From: Candidatus Parcubacteria bacterium
GTDB lineage: Bacteria; Patescibacteriota; Minisyncoccia; Phycocordibacterales; UBA6065
Assembly (NCBI GenBank): GCA_039796155.1
Contig: JBDKKJ010000002.1
Coordinates: 97,161-161,160 of the forward strand
Direction: 5' to 3'
DNA length: 64,000 nt
The position numbers and the translations under genes were made by a program. This document shows positions 34,915 through 45,449 of this stretch, one piece after another. The notes under the pieces are model-generated. The model did no database searches. It was not told the DNA's origin and worked only from the letters and a program-made list of their open reading frames with translations. Every line of letters begins with the position of its first letter. The first letter of the stretch is position 1.

Positions 34915-35832
34915 ATGTTTATCGTTACATACAGAAAATTCTTCTATACGATCTCAGGCATCATTTTGGTGGCTGCTATCGCCGCACTCTCACTCTGGGG
35001 TCTCAAGCCAGGTATTGATTTCAAGGGTGGATCAATCATTGAAATCGAGTACGCATCATCAACTCGACCAACAACTGAGTCTTTCAAACCTGCTCTCGAT
35101 GCTTTGAATCTCGGTGAATACTCAGTTCGCGAAACAGGAACAGCTGGATTTATTATCCGAACAGCCGAACTCTCACCAGAAGCTCATAACACAGTTCTCG
35201 CGGCTATCTCAAACAACGGCACTATAACCATCTCTGAAAAGCGCTTTGACTCTGTGGGTCCTATCCTCGGAAAGGAAGCTCTCGAGAAGTCATGGATGTC
35301 TATTGCACTCGTATTGATTGCGATTGTTATCTTTATTACCTTTGCTTTCCGTGGCGTATCTAAACCAGTTGCTTCATGGAAGTACGGTCTCATTGCTATC
35401 GTCGCCCTCATTCACGACGTGGTTGTCCCAGCGGGTGTGTTTGCGGTTCTCGGTCACTTTGCCGGGGTAGAAGTAGACACACTCTTCGTTACGGCACTCC
35501 TTGTTATCCTTGGTTTCTCAATTCACGACACCATCGTGGTGTTTGACCGAGTTCGTGAAAACCTCAAGCATAATTTTGATGGAAAGCTCAAGAAGTCATT
35601 TGATGTCATTGTGGGTGAGTCTATTAATCAGACATTCGTCCGATCAATCAACACATCTCTCACAACACTCATTGCCATCTTCGTGCTTTATCTTGTTGGT
35701 GCTGAAGCGACAAAGACATTTGCGCTCGCACTCCTCGTGGGAATCCTCATGGGTACATACTCATCAATCTTCCTTGGTTCACCGCTCCTTGTATCAGTAT
35801 TCAAGTGGCAGGAAAAGAAAGCAGGAAAATAA
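34915..35832 (+). CDS. secF: Protein translocase subunit SecF
   Basis: ..GIDFKGGSIIE.., ..LIHDVVVPAGVFA..., ..LGFSIHDTIVVFDRVREN.. It follows secD by 11 nt. Confidence 0.93.
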   Translation: MFIVTYRKFFYTISGIILVAAIAALSLWGLKPGIDFKGGSIIEIEYASSTRPTTESFKPALDALNLGEYSVRETGTAGFIIRTAELSPEAHNTVLAAISNNGTITISEKRFDSVGPILGKEALEKSWMSIALVLIAIVIFITFAFRGVSKPVASWKYGLIAIVALIHDVVVPAGVFAVLGHFAGVEVDTLFVTALLVILGFSIHDTIVVFDRVRENLKHNFDGKLKKSFDVIVGESINQTFVRSINTSLTTLIAIFVLYLVGAEATKTFALALLVGILMGTYSSIFLGSPLLVSVFKWQEKKAGK

Positions 35833-35842
35833 GTATTATAAT

Positions 35843-35875
35843 AAAACCGAGACCCACGTCTCGGTTTTATTTTTA
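35843..35875 (+). terminator. Intrinsic terminator after secF
   Basis: aaaaccgagac-ccac-gtctcggtttt followed by attttt. Confidence 0.7.
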
Positions 35876-35880
35876 CAAAA

Positions 35881-36657
35881 ATGTCATTCCTTAAAAAAGT
35901 AGAATATACAGCAAAAGGTGTGGGGCATATGCCTCTGCTTGTTCCGCATATAAAGCATGGATTTTCTTGGGGAATGCCAAACATGTCGTTTGCTCACGGT
36001 GAGCCGCTCGAAGTTGAACAATCTGAAGCTGAGTTTTTAAAGATGGCGGGTTTGAAAGGTGACCAAGGAATCGTTGTTATGGCGCCTGAACACGGTGTGC
36101 GTATTGTGGAGGTCTCACAGGACGATGAAATGCGTCGTACTGTTGATTGTGACTGTTTAGTAACAACCGAAAAAGGTCTTACTCTCGCTGCAAAACCAGG
36201 TGATTGTATTGTTGCGATAATAACTACAAAGAAATCTATACACAGGCAGGCGCTCGCTTTGGTACACGCAGGACGCAAAGGACTTGATCACAATATTCTT
36301 GAAAAGGTTATTTCATACCTCACGGTAAAACATTTAATCAAAACCGCGGATCTGCTCGTGGGCGTTGCTCCATGTATAACACTTAAAAATTATTGTATTA
36401 AGGATGTGGCAGAATTGCAGTATCCTGAAATTTGGAATGGATATATGCATAAACGTGAAGACTTATATTATCTCGACCTTGTGGGTTTATTTAGACACCA
36501 ACTCCTATCTGCAGGGATTAAAGAGGAGAACATGGTTCAGTATGATGTTGATACATTTGATGCCGCACAGACAGGAGAAACCTTTTCACACAGACGCTCA
36601 CAAGTCTACCCAGAATTCAAAAATGGGCGTTTTATTGTAGCCGCACAACTGGACTAA
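35881..36657 (+). CDS. YfiH/PgeF (DUF152) family protein (peptidoglycan editing factor / laccase-domain)
   Basis: ..VTTEKGLTLAAKPGDCIVAII...ALVHAGRKGL.. parallels the family motifs ..ADC.P....HAGWRG.. Length is 258 aa. Confidence 0.55.
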   Translation: MSFLKKVEYTAKGVGHMPLLVPHIKHGFSWGMPNMSFAHGEPLEVEQSEAEFLKMAGLKGDQGIVVMAPEHGVRIVEVSQDDEMRRTVDCDCLVTTEKGLTLAAKPGDCIVAIITTKKSIHRQALALVHAGRKGLDHNILEKVISYLTVKHLIKTADLLVGVAPCITLKNYCIKDVAELQYPEIWNGYMHKREDLYYLDLVGLFRHQLLSAGIKEENMVQYDVDTFDAAQTGETFSHRRSQVYPEFKNGRFIVAAQLD

Positions 36658-36693
36658 GATTGCTTTTTCCCTAGAGTGGAGTAGATTTTACGT

Positions 36694-38187
36694 ATGAATA
36701 TAGCCTTATATATAGTTTTGGCGCTCGTATTGGTAATACCATCATCTGCACAGGCAGCATGGTGGAAGCCTGTATCTTGGAAAGTGTTTCAAAAAAGCAC
36801 TACCACGCAAGCATTCGCTACCACCACGCAGGCACTCGCTACCACCACGATAGCAACAACAAGTGTCCAAACATTTGCGCCTCCTTCAACAGATGAATTA
36901 TTAAAGAGAATTGCAGAGCTTGAAGACAAGCTTGATAAAGCATTGGGCAAAAAGACTGGAACATCTGTACAGGAAAAAGTTGTGAAAGTTGCTATAAAAG
37001 AAGACACCTCTTCTTCAACTGGTCTTTCGGAAAAACAACTTATAGCAAAGGTGCGTCCCGCAATTATTTCTGTAGATACAGCAACTAGTTCAGGAAGCGG
37101 AGTAATTATTGATGCGCAAGGACACGCACTCGTTGCAGCTCATACGCTGTGGTCAGTAGAAAAAGGTGTTGTTGTCGGCGCCGCGGATACGATGTCAGTA
37201 ACGTTTTCTGATGGTTCAAAGAAGACCGCGAAGTTGATTGGTATTAATGAAGCAAAAGATATCGCGATTATTCAGATTTTGGGCAAGACCTCATTTTCAT
37301 ATCTAAAACTTGCTCATGACGCAGGTGTAAGGACAGGTGACACAGTGCATGTGTTTGGATCTCCTGCGATGCGCGGTGGTTCGGGCGGTATAGATATAGC
37401 ACAAGGAACTGTCTCTCAGAAAAGTTCAAATTCAGTTGAAGTACTTTCGAGTGTAAAACCACTTGATAATAGTGCGGCGCTCGTAAATTCAAAAGGTGAA
37501 TTCATTGCTCTGCCACGAAACCCCGTCTGTAAAGTATTAGAAGAGGGCGAGATCTGTCTTAAATATAAAATCGCAAATGACGTGGTAGCTTCAACGTTTG
37601 CGAAAGTACGTGACGGCATGAAACTATATAAAAACAAAAAGTACTACACCAAGGAAGAGTACCTTGTTCACGGCCAACTTGAGGGCGTCTATAACAATGC
37701 TCGAGAAAGCGGTTCGATTCAGTATGCGATTTCTGGTTTGTCAGGTAAAAATTCGTTTGATTACTTTAACGGAAAGCTTACTGACGATCAGGAAGGGAAG
37801 ATTACAAAGCTCTATCTGAACAAACTCAAGGTTGGCGCCGATAGCCTTTCTAAGGCGGCTGATTCTCTTAAAGCGAAATCACACGGTCTTAATATTTTCT
37901 TTATCGATGAAGTCGCATCTGTTGCTACCCTTGGCGACTATCAGAAAAATATTCTTAAGCAAATCGAAATAGAGAATCGTGCAAAGTACAAAGAGTATGA
38001 GAAAAAGGTGAGTTACTGGTCTATAAAAAAGAACGAATACGATAGTCTTTTAACACGTCTCGAAGACGCAACGCACGACTATCTCACAGAGCAGGGTGTG
38101 CTCATGGAGGCAGAAGTAAAGTACTTTGTTGCAGAGCAACAAAGAGTGCTCAACATGGTTTCAGCTGAAACTATAAGTCTGTTCTAA
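36694..38187 (+). CDS. Secreted trypsin-like (S1C/HtrA-like, no PDZ) serine protease domain + C-terminal helical domain
   Basis: Signal peptide MNIALYIVLALVLVIPSSAQA. ..SGSGVIIDAQGHALVAAHTL.. (His), ..KDIAIIQI.. (Asp), ..DNSAALVNSKGEFIAL.. (Ser). The C-terminal about 170 aa are K/E-rich and helical. Confidence 0.6.
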   Translation: MNIALYIVLALVLVIPSSAQAAWWKPVSWKVFQKSTTTQAFATTTQALATTTIATTSVQTFAPPSTDELLKRIAELEDKLDKALGKKTGTSVQEKVVKVAIKEDTSSSTGLSEKQLIAKVRPAIISVDTATSSGSGVIIDAQGHALVAAHTLWSVEKGVVVGAADTMSVTFSDGSKKTAKLIGINEAKDIAIIQILGKTSFSYLKLAHDAGVRTGDTVHVFGSPAMRGGSGGIDIAQGTVSQKSSNSVEVLSSVKPLDNSAALVNSKGEFIALPRNPVCKVLEEGEICLKYKIANDVVASTFAKVRDGMKLYKNKKYYTKEEYLVHGQLEGVYNNARESGSIQYAISGLSGKNSFDYFNGKLTDDQEGKITKLYLNKLKVGADSLSKAADSLKAKSHGLNIFFIDEVASVATLGDYQKNILKQIEIENRAKYKEYEKKVSYWSIKKNEYDSLLTRLEDATHDYLTEQGVLMEAEVKYFVAEQQRVLNMVSAETISLF

Positions 38188-38191
38188 AAGG

Positions 38192-39019
38192 TTAATCTCG
38201 AATCATTTTTGAGAACTGGGGACTATCTGCATACTTTTCTGCACGGGCATTGATATTGAATCGTGTACGAGCCTCTTCGAAAGGGAGGTCGGTGTTGATG
38301 AGGCCTAGTTCGTAGGCATAGCGGTCAGAGTAGCCGGGAAGGAGAATGCGGAGATCGTATGGTATGCGATCAGGTACCAGTTTATTCACGTGGCTTACTA
38401 TATTGGTTGTACAGGTTGAGGTAAGGGTATTATAAAACTCTGGTTTCTGCTGAAGTTTATCTGCGCGGGCGAGCATGTCGAGGAAAAGTGATTTCATACC
38501 CGCCTTGTCTGCCTTAATTGGATACAGGAACACTTGATCGCGGCGGTAGTTTGCTCGCAATCCGATGACATCGTGCTCATCGGCGATTACGTATGCAAGT
38601 TCATACTGTCGAAGGAAACCTTTTGTTGCAGAAAAATTCTCACCTTTTTCTTTACGAATTTCGACAGAGATTGCTACATGGCCACCATCACTAAAGCCGA
38701 AGGTAAGGAGGGTGTGCGCAGCACCGGGATTAGTTGAAAATGGTTCAACCATAAAATCCACCGATGAAATTGTGTCGAGATTAAATGTCTTATCGTAGTA
38801 GCCAGGAGTGTAATCAGATGTCGTACGGTAGGTAAAATTACGAATATTCTGAATGGTGACGAGGTTGTCGTTAATAGATATTCTTGGATCAACCGCCTGG
38901 TCTGTATTCCAGTCTCGGTTGGTTTTTGGGGTGGTGAGGAGGATTAATATCCCATAACCAATAATCAGTAGACCAATAAACCGAACACACCATTTCAATA
39001 TTGCTCTTATAATTTTCAT
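38192..39019 (-). CDS. DUF4105 (Lnb N-terminal periplasmic domain-like) membrane-anchored protein
   Basis: Start re-called at ATG 39019 (track start 39043 is TTG). TM anchor IGLLIIGYGILILL, then ..NRDWNTDQAV.., ..AHTLLTFGF.., ..YELAYVIADEHDVIGLRANYR..VFLYPI.. Confidence 0.5.
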   Translation of the reverse strand: MKIIRAILKWCVRFIGLLIIGYGILILLTTPKTNRDWNTDQAVDPRISINDNLVTIQNIRNFTYRTTSDYTPGYYDKTFNLDTISSVDFMVEPFSTNPGAAHTLLTFGFSDGGHVAISVEIRKEKGENFSATKGFLRQYELAYVIADEHDVIGLRANYRRDQVFLYPIKADKAGMKSLFLDMLARADKLQQKPEFYNTLTSTCTTNIVSHVNKLVPDRIPYDLRILLPGYSDRYAYELGLINTDLPFEEARTRFNINARAEKYADSPQFSKMIRD

Positions 39020-39162
39020 ATACGTATTGTAGCCTATATTCAAACGTCTCCAAGGTATTTCGTTTTAAAGTGATATCTGTGGTCAAACCGGTCACTTTTT
39101 TGGCTTAAAATATAGCTTTAAAAGCGATGAGGTATAAATCCCTTATATAAGGCCCTTTATGC

Positions 39163-39190
39163 TTGACTCTGCTTAGGCCGTGTGTATAAT
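39163..39190 (+). promoter_or_regulatory. 16S rRNA promoter TTGACT-16-TATAAT
   Basis: ttgact ctgcttaggccgtgtg tataat lies about 350 nt upstream of the 16S 5' end. Confidence 0.65.
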
Positions 39191-39538
39191 AGACCCTACC
39201 TCTGAAAAACTTCGGTTTGAAGAAAAAAGACTTCGAAAGATGTCATTTTTCTTTAAGGGGGAAGGCACTGTTGGACTTTGAAATAATTATTGTTAAATAA
39301 AGATATTGAAAACGTACAAGTGAAATTTAGAAATTTCCTTCGTAAGTGCAAGTTCAATATTTCTTTGAGTAGTGTTGGATACTGCGACCAGTTCAGATTC
39401 AGTTCTGGCGCAGATGATAGGATCGTGGAGGCGGGAAAGCACCCGTGAATCTCCCAGGATAAAGTAGTCAGCAGTTTATACTGTCGTCTATTTTGTTCCG
39501 TTCGCTTTAATTAGATTCTTCGGAATTTCTTTAAAGTT

Positions 39539-41035
<1,497 letters not shown>

Positions 41036-41212
41036 AGTGAAAAACACGCTTATTGTCTTCGGACAATAGCTTACAGAGTCGATCGTTTTAATACGGGTTT
41101 GCGAGATACCTATAACTCGATGGAATCAGGGAAGACTGATACCGACCTAGTAACCTTTATTGGATACTAAGGTAAGAACGGAACAAAATAGAATACAGTA
41201 TATTTTGAAAGA

Positions 41213-41238
41213 AAACCGCCCTAAAGGCGGTTTTCTTC
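41213..41238 (+). terminator. Intrinsic terminator after 16S
   Basis: aaaaccgcc-ctaaa-ggcggtttt followed by cttc. Confidence 0.65.
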
Positions 41239-41252
41239 TGGTTGGAAAGCGC

Positions 41253-41280
41253 TTGACAAAATCGTACTATCTGATATAAT
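41253..41280 (+). promoter_or_regulatory. Consensus promoter TTGACA-16-TATAAT for orphan cassette 41366
   Basis: ttgaca aaatcgtactatctga tataat lies 15 nt after the 16S terminator. Confidence 0.65.
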
Positions 41281-41365
41281 AATAATAAGACACGTTCGGG
41301 AGGCTCTATCAAGAGTCCATCCCTTTGGCAAAGAAAATGCACAGTAACACTCAATTCATGTGAAT

Positions 41366-41674
41366 ATGAAGTTGGTTCAATATCGCAAAGACTGGCTACA
41401 AAGCCTTGTCGACGCGATTCTGTTTGTGTTCGACTGCATGGCGAAATTATTCGTCTGGCTTGTCTCAGGTGCTCTCTTGCTTTCGAAGCAGGGTATCGCT
41501 GAGGCTCGCAGTGACCCCAAGAAGGTCTATGCAATCATCGGTGGTCCTTTGATCACCTACGTCGGACTTGGAATGATTCGCTGTCTCAGCGTCATCCTGT
41601 CCAACAACCCAACAATATACTACATGCCGGTCCTCGACTGGTGGTGGGTGTATCTTATGAAGTTGCTCCATTAA
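41366..41674 (+). CDS. Orphan 102-aa membrane protein (2-3 TM), stand-alone cassette between 16S and tRNA-Ile
   Basis: MKLVQYRKDWLQSLVDAILFVFDCMAKLFVWLVSGALLL...VYAIIGGPLITYVGLGMIRCLSVIL...DWWWVYLMKLLH. The ORF fills the space between its own promoter and terminator. About 45% GC in the first 100 nt (hand count). No family recognised. Confidence 0.5.
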   Translation: MKLVQYRKDWLQSLVDAILFVFDCMAKLFVWLVSGALLLSKQGIAEARSDPKKVYAIIGGPLITYVGLGMIRCLSVILSNNPTIYYMPVLDWWWVYLMKLLH

Positions 41675-41694
41675 CTTCAACAAAAATGGAAACT

Positions 41695-41726
41695 GGCGCC
41701 GTGTCTAGCACACCGGCGCCTTTTTG
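41695..41726 (+). terminator. Intrinsic terminator of cassette 41366
   Basis: ggcgccgtgt-ctagc-acac(c)ggcgcc followed by tttttgtttt. Confidence 0.65.
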
Positions 41727-41839
41727 TTTTAAAGAAAGTCATTTTTCTTGAAAAATAAGGGCTTTTCTGCTATATTTCTGAAGCGTCATAAGGCCCTGTC
41801 GACCTCGTATCAACGACAGATATAAGGGCCCTTGTAGCG

Positions 41840-41868
41840 ATAATATGCGCGTATAGCTGTTTTGGTAG
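41840..41868 (+). repeat. Degenerate duplicate of the tRNA-Ile 5' end plus its upstream ATAAT
   Basis: ataatatGCGCGTATAGCTgttTTGGTAG (41840-41868) versus ataat-GCGCGTATAGCTcagTTGGTAG (41905-41931). Confidence 0.7.
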
Positions 41869-41909
41869 TTAAACGGATATGTAGCACATTTGAGACGGGT
41901 AGGTATAAT

Positions 41910-41982
41910 GCGCGTATAGCTCAGTTGGTAGAGCACATCACTGATACTGATGGGGTCCTAGGTTCAAATCCTAGTACGCGCA
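41910..41982 (+). tRNA. tRNA-Ile (anticodon GAU), no encoded CCA
   Basis: Hand-folded cloverleaf: acceptor GCGCGTA/TACGCGC+A, D arm GCTC-AGTTGGTA-GAGC, anticodon arm CATCA-CTGATAC-TGATG, variable GGGTC, T arm CTAGG-TTCAAAT-CCTAG. Confidence 0.92.
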
Positions 41983-41989
41983 CAAAGTA

Positions 41990-42031
41990 AAAAAGAGGGG
42001 GCGAGCGCGAAGCGCCCGCCCCCTCTTTTTA
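41990..42031 (+). terminator. Intrinsic terminator after tRNA-Ile
   Basis: agagggggcgagcgc-gaa-gcgcccgccccctct followed by ttttt. Confidence 0.7.
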
Positions 42032-42082
42032 TGCAATCTGCTACACTAGAGGGGACAGTTACTAATCGTAAAAAATACACAC

Positions 42083-42724
42083 ATGCAACCTCTATTTACC
42101 ATCAAAGAAGCTCTTTCATTCGGTTGGAAGAAGACCGTAGAGAATCTTTGGTTTTTAATTATCCTCACAGTCGCGACAATTATTGTTAGTTTCGCCTTTG
42201 ATAACGTTAAAGGTGACTTTGCGCCCCTCTTTAGAATTTTGAACATGGTCGTAAGCTATCTTGCGATGTATGTTGCGATAAAGGCAGGGCTTAAGATTTT
42301 TGCTGGATCAAAGCCAGAAGCAAAAGATGTACTCGACGTAAACTGGTCACAGTTCGGCTGGTATATTCTTGGTCTCATTCTTTCAAATATTGCTATCGTT
42401 ATCGGGTTCGTCCTCTTTATCATTCCTGGAATATACCTAGCGGTGCGTTTGAACATGATGACTTTTACTCTTATTGACCAGAATCTCAAACCTGTTGATG
42501 CTTTCAAGAAAAGTCTCGAGCTTACTCGAGGTCGCTTCTGGAAGCTTCTTGGATTCGGGTGTGTAATTGCCCTTATTAATGTTCTTGGTGTGTTGGCAGC
42601 TGGTGTTGGAATTCTCATCAGTATTCCTGTATCACTTCTTGCGACGGTATATGTCTATGAAAAATTAAAGGCAGCACCGGTTGTTGTGGCTCCTGCACCG
42701 ACAACACCTGTAGCAACGGTCTAA
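42083..42724 (+). CDS. Polytopic membrane protein, unknown function (DUF975/YciC-like topology)
   Basis: 213 aa with 5-6 TM helices. ..IKEALSFGWKKTVENLWFLIILTV.. and an Ala/Pro/Val-rich C-terminal tail. Confidence 0.45.
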   Translation: MQPLFTIKEALSFGWKKTVENLWFLIILTVATIIVSFAFDNVKGDFAPLFRILNMVVSYLAMYVAIKAGLKIFAGSKPEAKDVLDVNWSQFGWYILGLILSNIAIVIGFVLFIIPGIYLAVRLNMMTFTLIDQNLKPVDAFKKSLELTRGRFWKLLGFGCVIALINVLGVLAAGVGILISIPVSLLATVYVYEKLKAAPVVVAPAPTTPVATV

Positions 42725-42734
42725 CTTAAACTAC

Positions 42735-43637
42735 ATGTCTATCCTACTCATTCTTGGAATTCTCGCGGTTATAATATTCTTCTCAAGTATCCGTATTATT
42801 GAGCAGAACTCTGTTGCGGTGGTTGAGTTTCTTGGTAAATACAGCCGCATGATGACTGCAGGTTTCAACTGGAAGATTCCTGTGTTTGAACGTATCGCTC
42901 AGAAGGTGTCTTTGCGCCAGCAGAACTTTTTGGTAAATGGACTCTATCCCTCAAAAGACAAAGTGATGGTCACTGTTTCAACTAACCTTATTTATACTGT
43001 AAGCAACAGTGACGAAGGAATAAAGAAGTATACGTATGCTCTTGAGAATCGACATGAGTCTATTGCAGCAGGTATTGAAAACTCGCTCCGAACATACATT
43101 GCTCGTGAAACTCACGAAGGAATTCTTGAGAAGAAGGAAGAGCTCGCTATTCATATCAAGAGTGATTTGGAACGACAGTTCGATGAATGGGGAATGGTTA
43201 TCATGAGTTTCCAGATTACTAACATTGCATTCCCAGCAACTATTACTGATGCGATGTCTGAAGTGGTTGCGTCTGAGCAGTTGCGCCGTGCAGCAGAGAA
43301 CAAAGGTGAAGCGGTAAAGATTCAGTCTATTAAAGAGGCAGAAGCTGATAAAGAGCGAAAGCGATTGCAAGGAGAGGGAATTGCGCTTGAACGAAAGGCA
43401 ATTGCAGAAGGCTTCAAGGAGTCAATTGAACTCATGAAGATGGCGACAGGGCAAAATGCTCGTGAGATTATGTCGGTACTTACACTTACTCAGTATCTCG
43501 ACACTATGAAGGGTATTGGTACATCAAATAATTCTAAAGTGATCTTCTTGGATTCAAATTTGGCAAAGACTTCGGAACTTGTTCAACAGCTTTCAGGGGC
43601 TATCGAAGCATCGGTGGAGCGAAAGCATTCTAAGTAG
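42735..43637 (+). CDS. SPFH/Band 7 (stomatin/flotillin-like) domain protein
   Basis: N-terminal TM helix, then ..IRIIEQNSVAVVEFLGKYSRMMTAGFNWKIPVFERI....DLERQFDEWGMVIMSFQITNI.. and a coiled-coil tail. Confidence 0.8.
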   Translation: MSILLILGILAVIIFFSSIRIIEQNSVAVVEFLGKYSRMMTAGFNWKIPVFERIAQKVSLRQQNFLVNGLYPSKDKVMVTVSTNLIYTVSNSDEGIKKYTYALENRHESIAAGIENSLRTYIARETHEGILEKKEELAIHIKSDLERQFDEWGMVIMSFQITNIAFPATITDAMSEVVASEQLRRAAENKGEAVKIQSIKEAEADKERKRLQGEGIALERKAIAEGFKESIELMKMATGQNAREIMSVLTLTQYLDTMKGIGTSNNSKVIFLDSNLAKTSELVQQLSGAIEASVERKHSK

Positions 43638-43660
43638 TCGGTAAAGGGTTGATGGATAAA

Positions 43661-43695
43661 GAAAAGGGCCGGGCGCGCAGCGCCCGGCCTTTTTC
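43661..43695 (+). terminator. Intrinsic terminator
   Basis: ggccgggcg-cgcag-cgcccggcc followed by tttttc. Confidence 0.7.
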
Positions 43696-43779
43696 TTTGC
43701 CTTCACCTTCACTATGGTGCAATAGTTTGAAAAAAACCGATTTTTCTGTATGATAAGGACTCGTTATTTTAATAAAACC

Positions 43780-45156
43780 ATGATCACAAAAAAGACCAAG
43801 ATACTTGTAAAGATTGCAGATAATCGCTCAGAAGTGCCTTTTATTAAGTCACTATTTGATGCTGGTGGTAATGTTGCATGGCTCAATACCGCTCATCAGG
43901 ATGAAGAGGCAACACTCAAGGTTATCAACAATATCCGTGCTGTAAGCAGTCTCATTCCAATTGCTATCGATACAAAGGGTCCAGAAGTACGAACAAAAAA
44001 TATCGAGGTTCCTTTTGAGGTAAAGAAGGGTGATCATATTACTTTCACAGGAGATGCTTCTGTAAAAGGAAAGAATGTTGTGCTTGTAACATACCCAAAT
44101 TTTCACAATGAAATTCCTGTTGGCGAAGTCATTCTTTATGATGATGCCCTCATTGAAACAGTGGTTGTGGAGAAGCTCTCAAAGGGAATCAAATGTGTAG
44201 TGAATAATCCTGGTCTCATCAAGAACAAGAAAAGTCTTAACATTCCAAACGTTCATATTAAACTTCCTGCACTTTCTGAGAAGGACAAGGGCTTTATTCA
44301 CTTCTGTGCAAAGCATAATGTTGATTACATCACACACTCATTTATGCGTGATCGAAATGATGTTGCGGAAATTCGAAAAATCACAGACACATACCCTGAT
44401 TATGCTCCAAAGATAATTGCAAAAATTGAGAATCGTGAAGGTTTCAAGAATGTTCGAGATATTCTCAAACACTGTGACGGGCTTATGGTCGCTCGAGGAG
44501 ATCTTGGTGCAGAAGTTGGTCTCGAAAATGTTCCATTCATGCAGAAGAAAATGGTAGAAGCATGTCTTGATATGGGTAAGTATTGTATCGTTGCAACTCA
44601 AGCACTTGAAAGCATGATCAAGAATCCTCGACCAACTCGAGCTGAGGTGTCGGATGTTGCAAATGCCGTCCTTGAAGGAACAGGATCTGTATCAATGTCA
44701 GGAGAGACAGCATACGGTGACTACCCTGTAGAGGCAACGACAACTATGGCAAAGATTATGAAGGCGGTTGAAGATAAGCGATCAGAACTTCCTCACTTCA
44801 CAGCCACTCCGGTAAAACCAAATGCAATATTTAAACTCGCTCAGAGCATTCTGAAGAAGTCTGAATCAGGCAAAGCAAAGGCTATCTTTGCTATAGGATC
44901 TGACATAACTCTCCTCCGTGCTTTCGCAGCGTACCGACCATCTGTAATGGTTATTGCCGCATGTGAAAAAGAATCAGATGTTCGAGAGCTTGGACTTGCA
45001 TATGGTATCGACGCACACCTTGTTGCTGAGCCGACCGCAAAACATGTTTCAATGGCCCAGAAAGATTCTTTTAAAGCAAAGGATGTTGTGTTGGTGGTGG
45101 AGAAGAGTGGTAAGGGATACAAAACATCTCTCAAGGCTTTTGGAAGCATTAAATAG
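43780..45156 (+). CDS. pyk: Pyruvate kinase
   Basis: Start re-called at ATG 43780 (MITKKTKILVKI..). ..AWLNTAHQ.., ..IAIDTKGPEVRT.., ..IAKIENREG.., ..MVARGDLGAEV.., ..VATQALESM.. The candidate promoter TTGAAA-17-TATGAT overlaps track start 43750. Confidence 0.9.
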   Translation: MITKKTKILVKIADNRSEVPFIKSLFDAGGNVAWLNTAHQDEEATLKVINNIRAVSSLIPIAIDTKGPEVRTKNIEVPFEVKKGDHITFTGDASVKGKNVVLVTYPNFHNEIPVGEVILYDDALIETVVVEKLSKGIKCVVNNPGLIKNKKSLNIPNVHIKLPALSEKDKGFIHFCAKHNVDYITHSFMRDRNDVAEIRKITDTYPDYAPKIIAKIENREGFKNVRDILKHCDGLMVARGDLGAEVGLENVPFMQKKMVEACLDMGKYCIVATQALESMIKNPRPTRAEVSDVANAVLEGTGSVSMSGETAYGDYPVEATTTMAKIMKAVEDKRSELPHFTATPVKPNAIFKLAQSILKKSESGKAKAIFAIGSDITLLRAFAAYRPSVMVIAACEKESDVRELGLAYGIDAHLVAEPTAKHVSMAQKDSFKAKDVVLVVEKSGKGYKTSLKAFGSIK

Positions 45157-45195
45157 TTTTTAGGTAGGGTTCTTTGAAGAGGGAACGAAAAGATA

Positions 45196-45236
45196 GAGAA
45201 AAGGCCGGGGACGCGAAGCGTCCCCGGCCTTTTCTC
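45196..45236 (+). terminator. Intrinsic terminator after pyk (perfect 19-bp stem)
   Basis: gagaaaaggccggggacgc-gaa-gcgtccccggccttttctc. Confidence 0.75.
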
Positions 45237-45252
45237 TACCAAATACAGGCTA

Positions 45253-45281
45253 TTGACAGATACTATATAAGGGTGTATAAT
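45253..45281 (+). promoter_or_regulatory. Perfect consensus promoter TTGACA-17-TATAAT (orphan A)
   Basis: tattgaca gatactatataagggtg tataat. Confidence 0.7.
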
Positions 45282-45313
45282 ACACTAAGTATAAAGTACC
45301 TTTACAGAGCATG

Positions 45314-45359
45314 CGGTTGCAGAATCGAGGGCTCGAAAAAGCCTTGGATTCTGCAACCG
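45314..45359 (+). promoter_or_regulatory. 13-bp hairpin in the roughly 160-nt 5' leader of orphan A, followed by U-rich tract
   Basis: cggttgcagaatc-(gagggctcgaaaaagccttg)-gattctgcaaccg, then acaccatcctaatttatttcttttt. A second small hairpin tctctc-attcc-gagaga lies at about 45399-45415. Confidence 0.5.
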
Positions 45360-45449
45360 ACACCATCCTAATTTATTTCTTTTTGCCACGGCAAGGAGAA
45401 TCTCTCATTCCGAGAGAAGGACGAACCGTCGTTGCCAGAGCAATCCATC

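Noticed and set aside
36800-36856. Tandem 21-bp repeat (ACCACGCARGCAYTCGCTACC x about 2.5) encoding TTQAFATTTQALATTT.
   Set aside because: It is a short in-frame low-complexity linker after the signal peptide of the protease-like gene, with no evidence of a regulatory or phase-variation role.
41904-41909. TATAAT hexamer abutting tRNA-Ile position +1.
   Set aside because: It is too close to be the tRNA promoter, because a start would fall inside the mature tRNA. TTGAAA-17-TATATT at 41748-41776 is the more plausible promoter.
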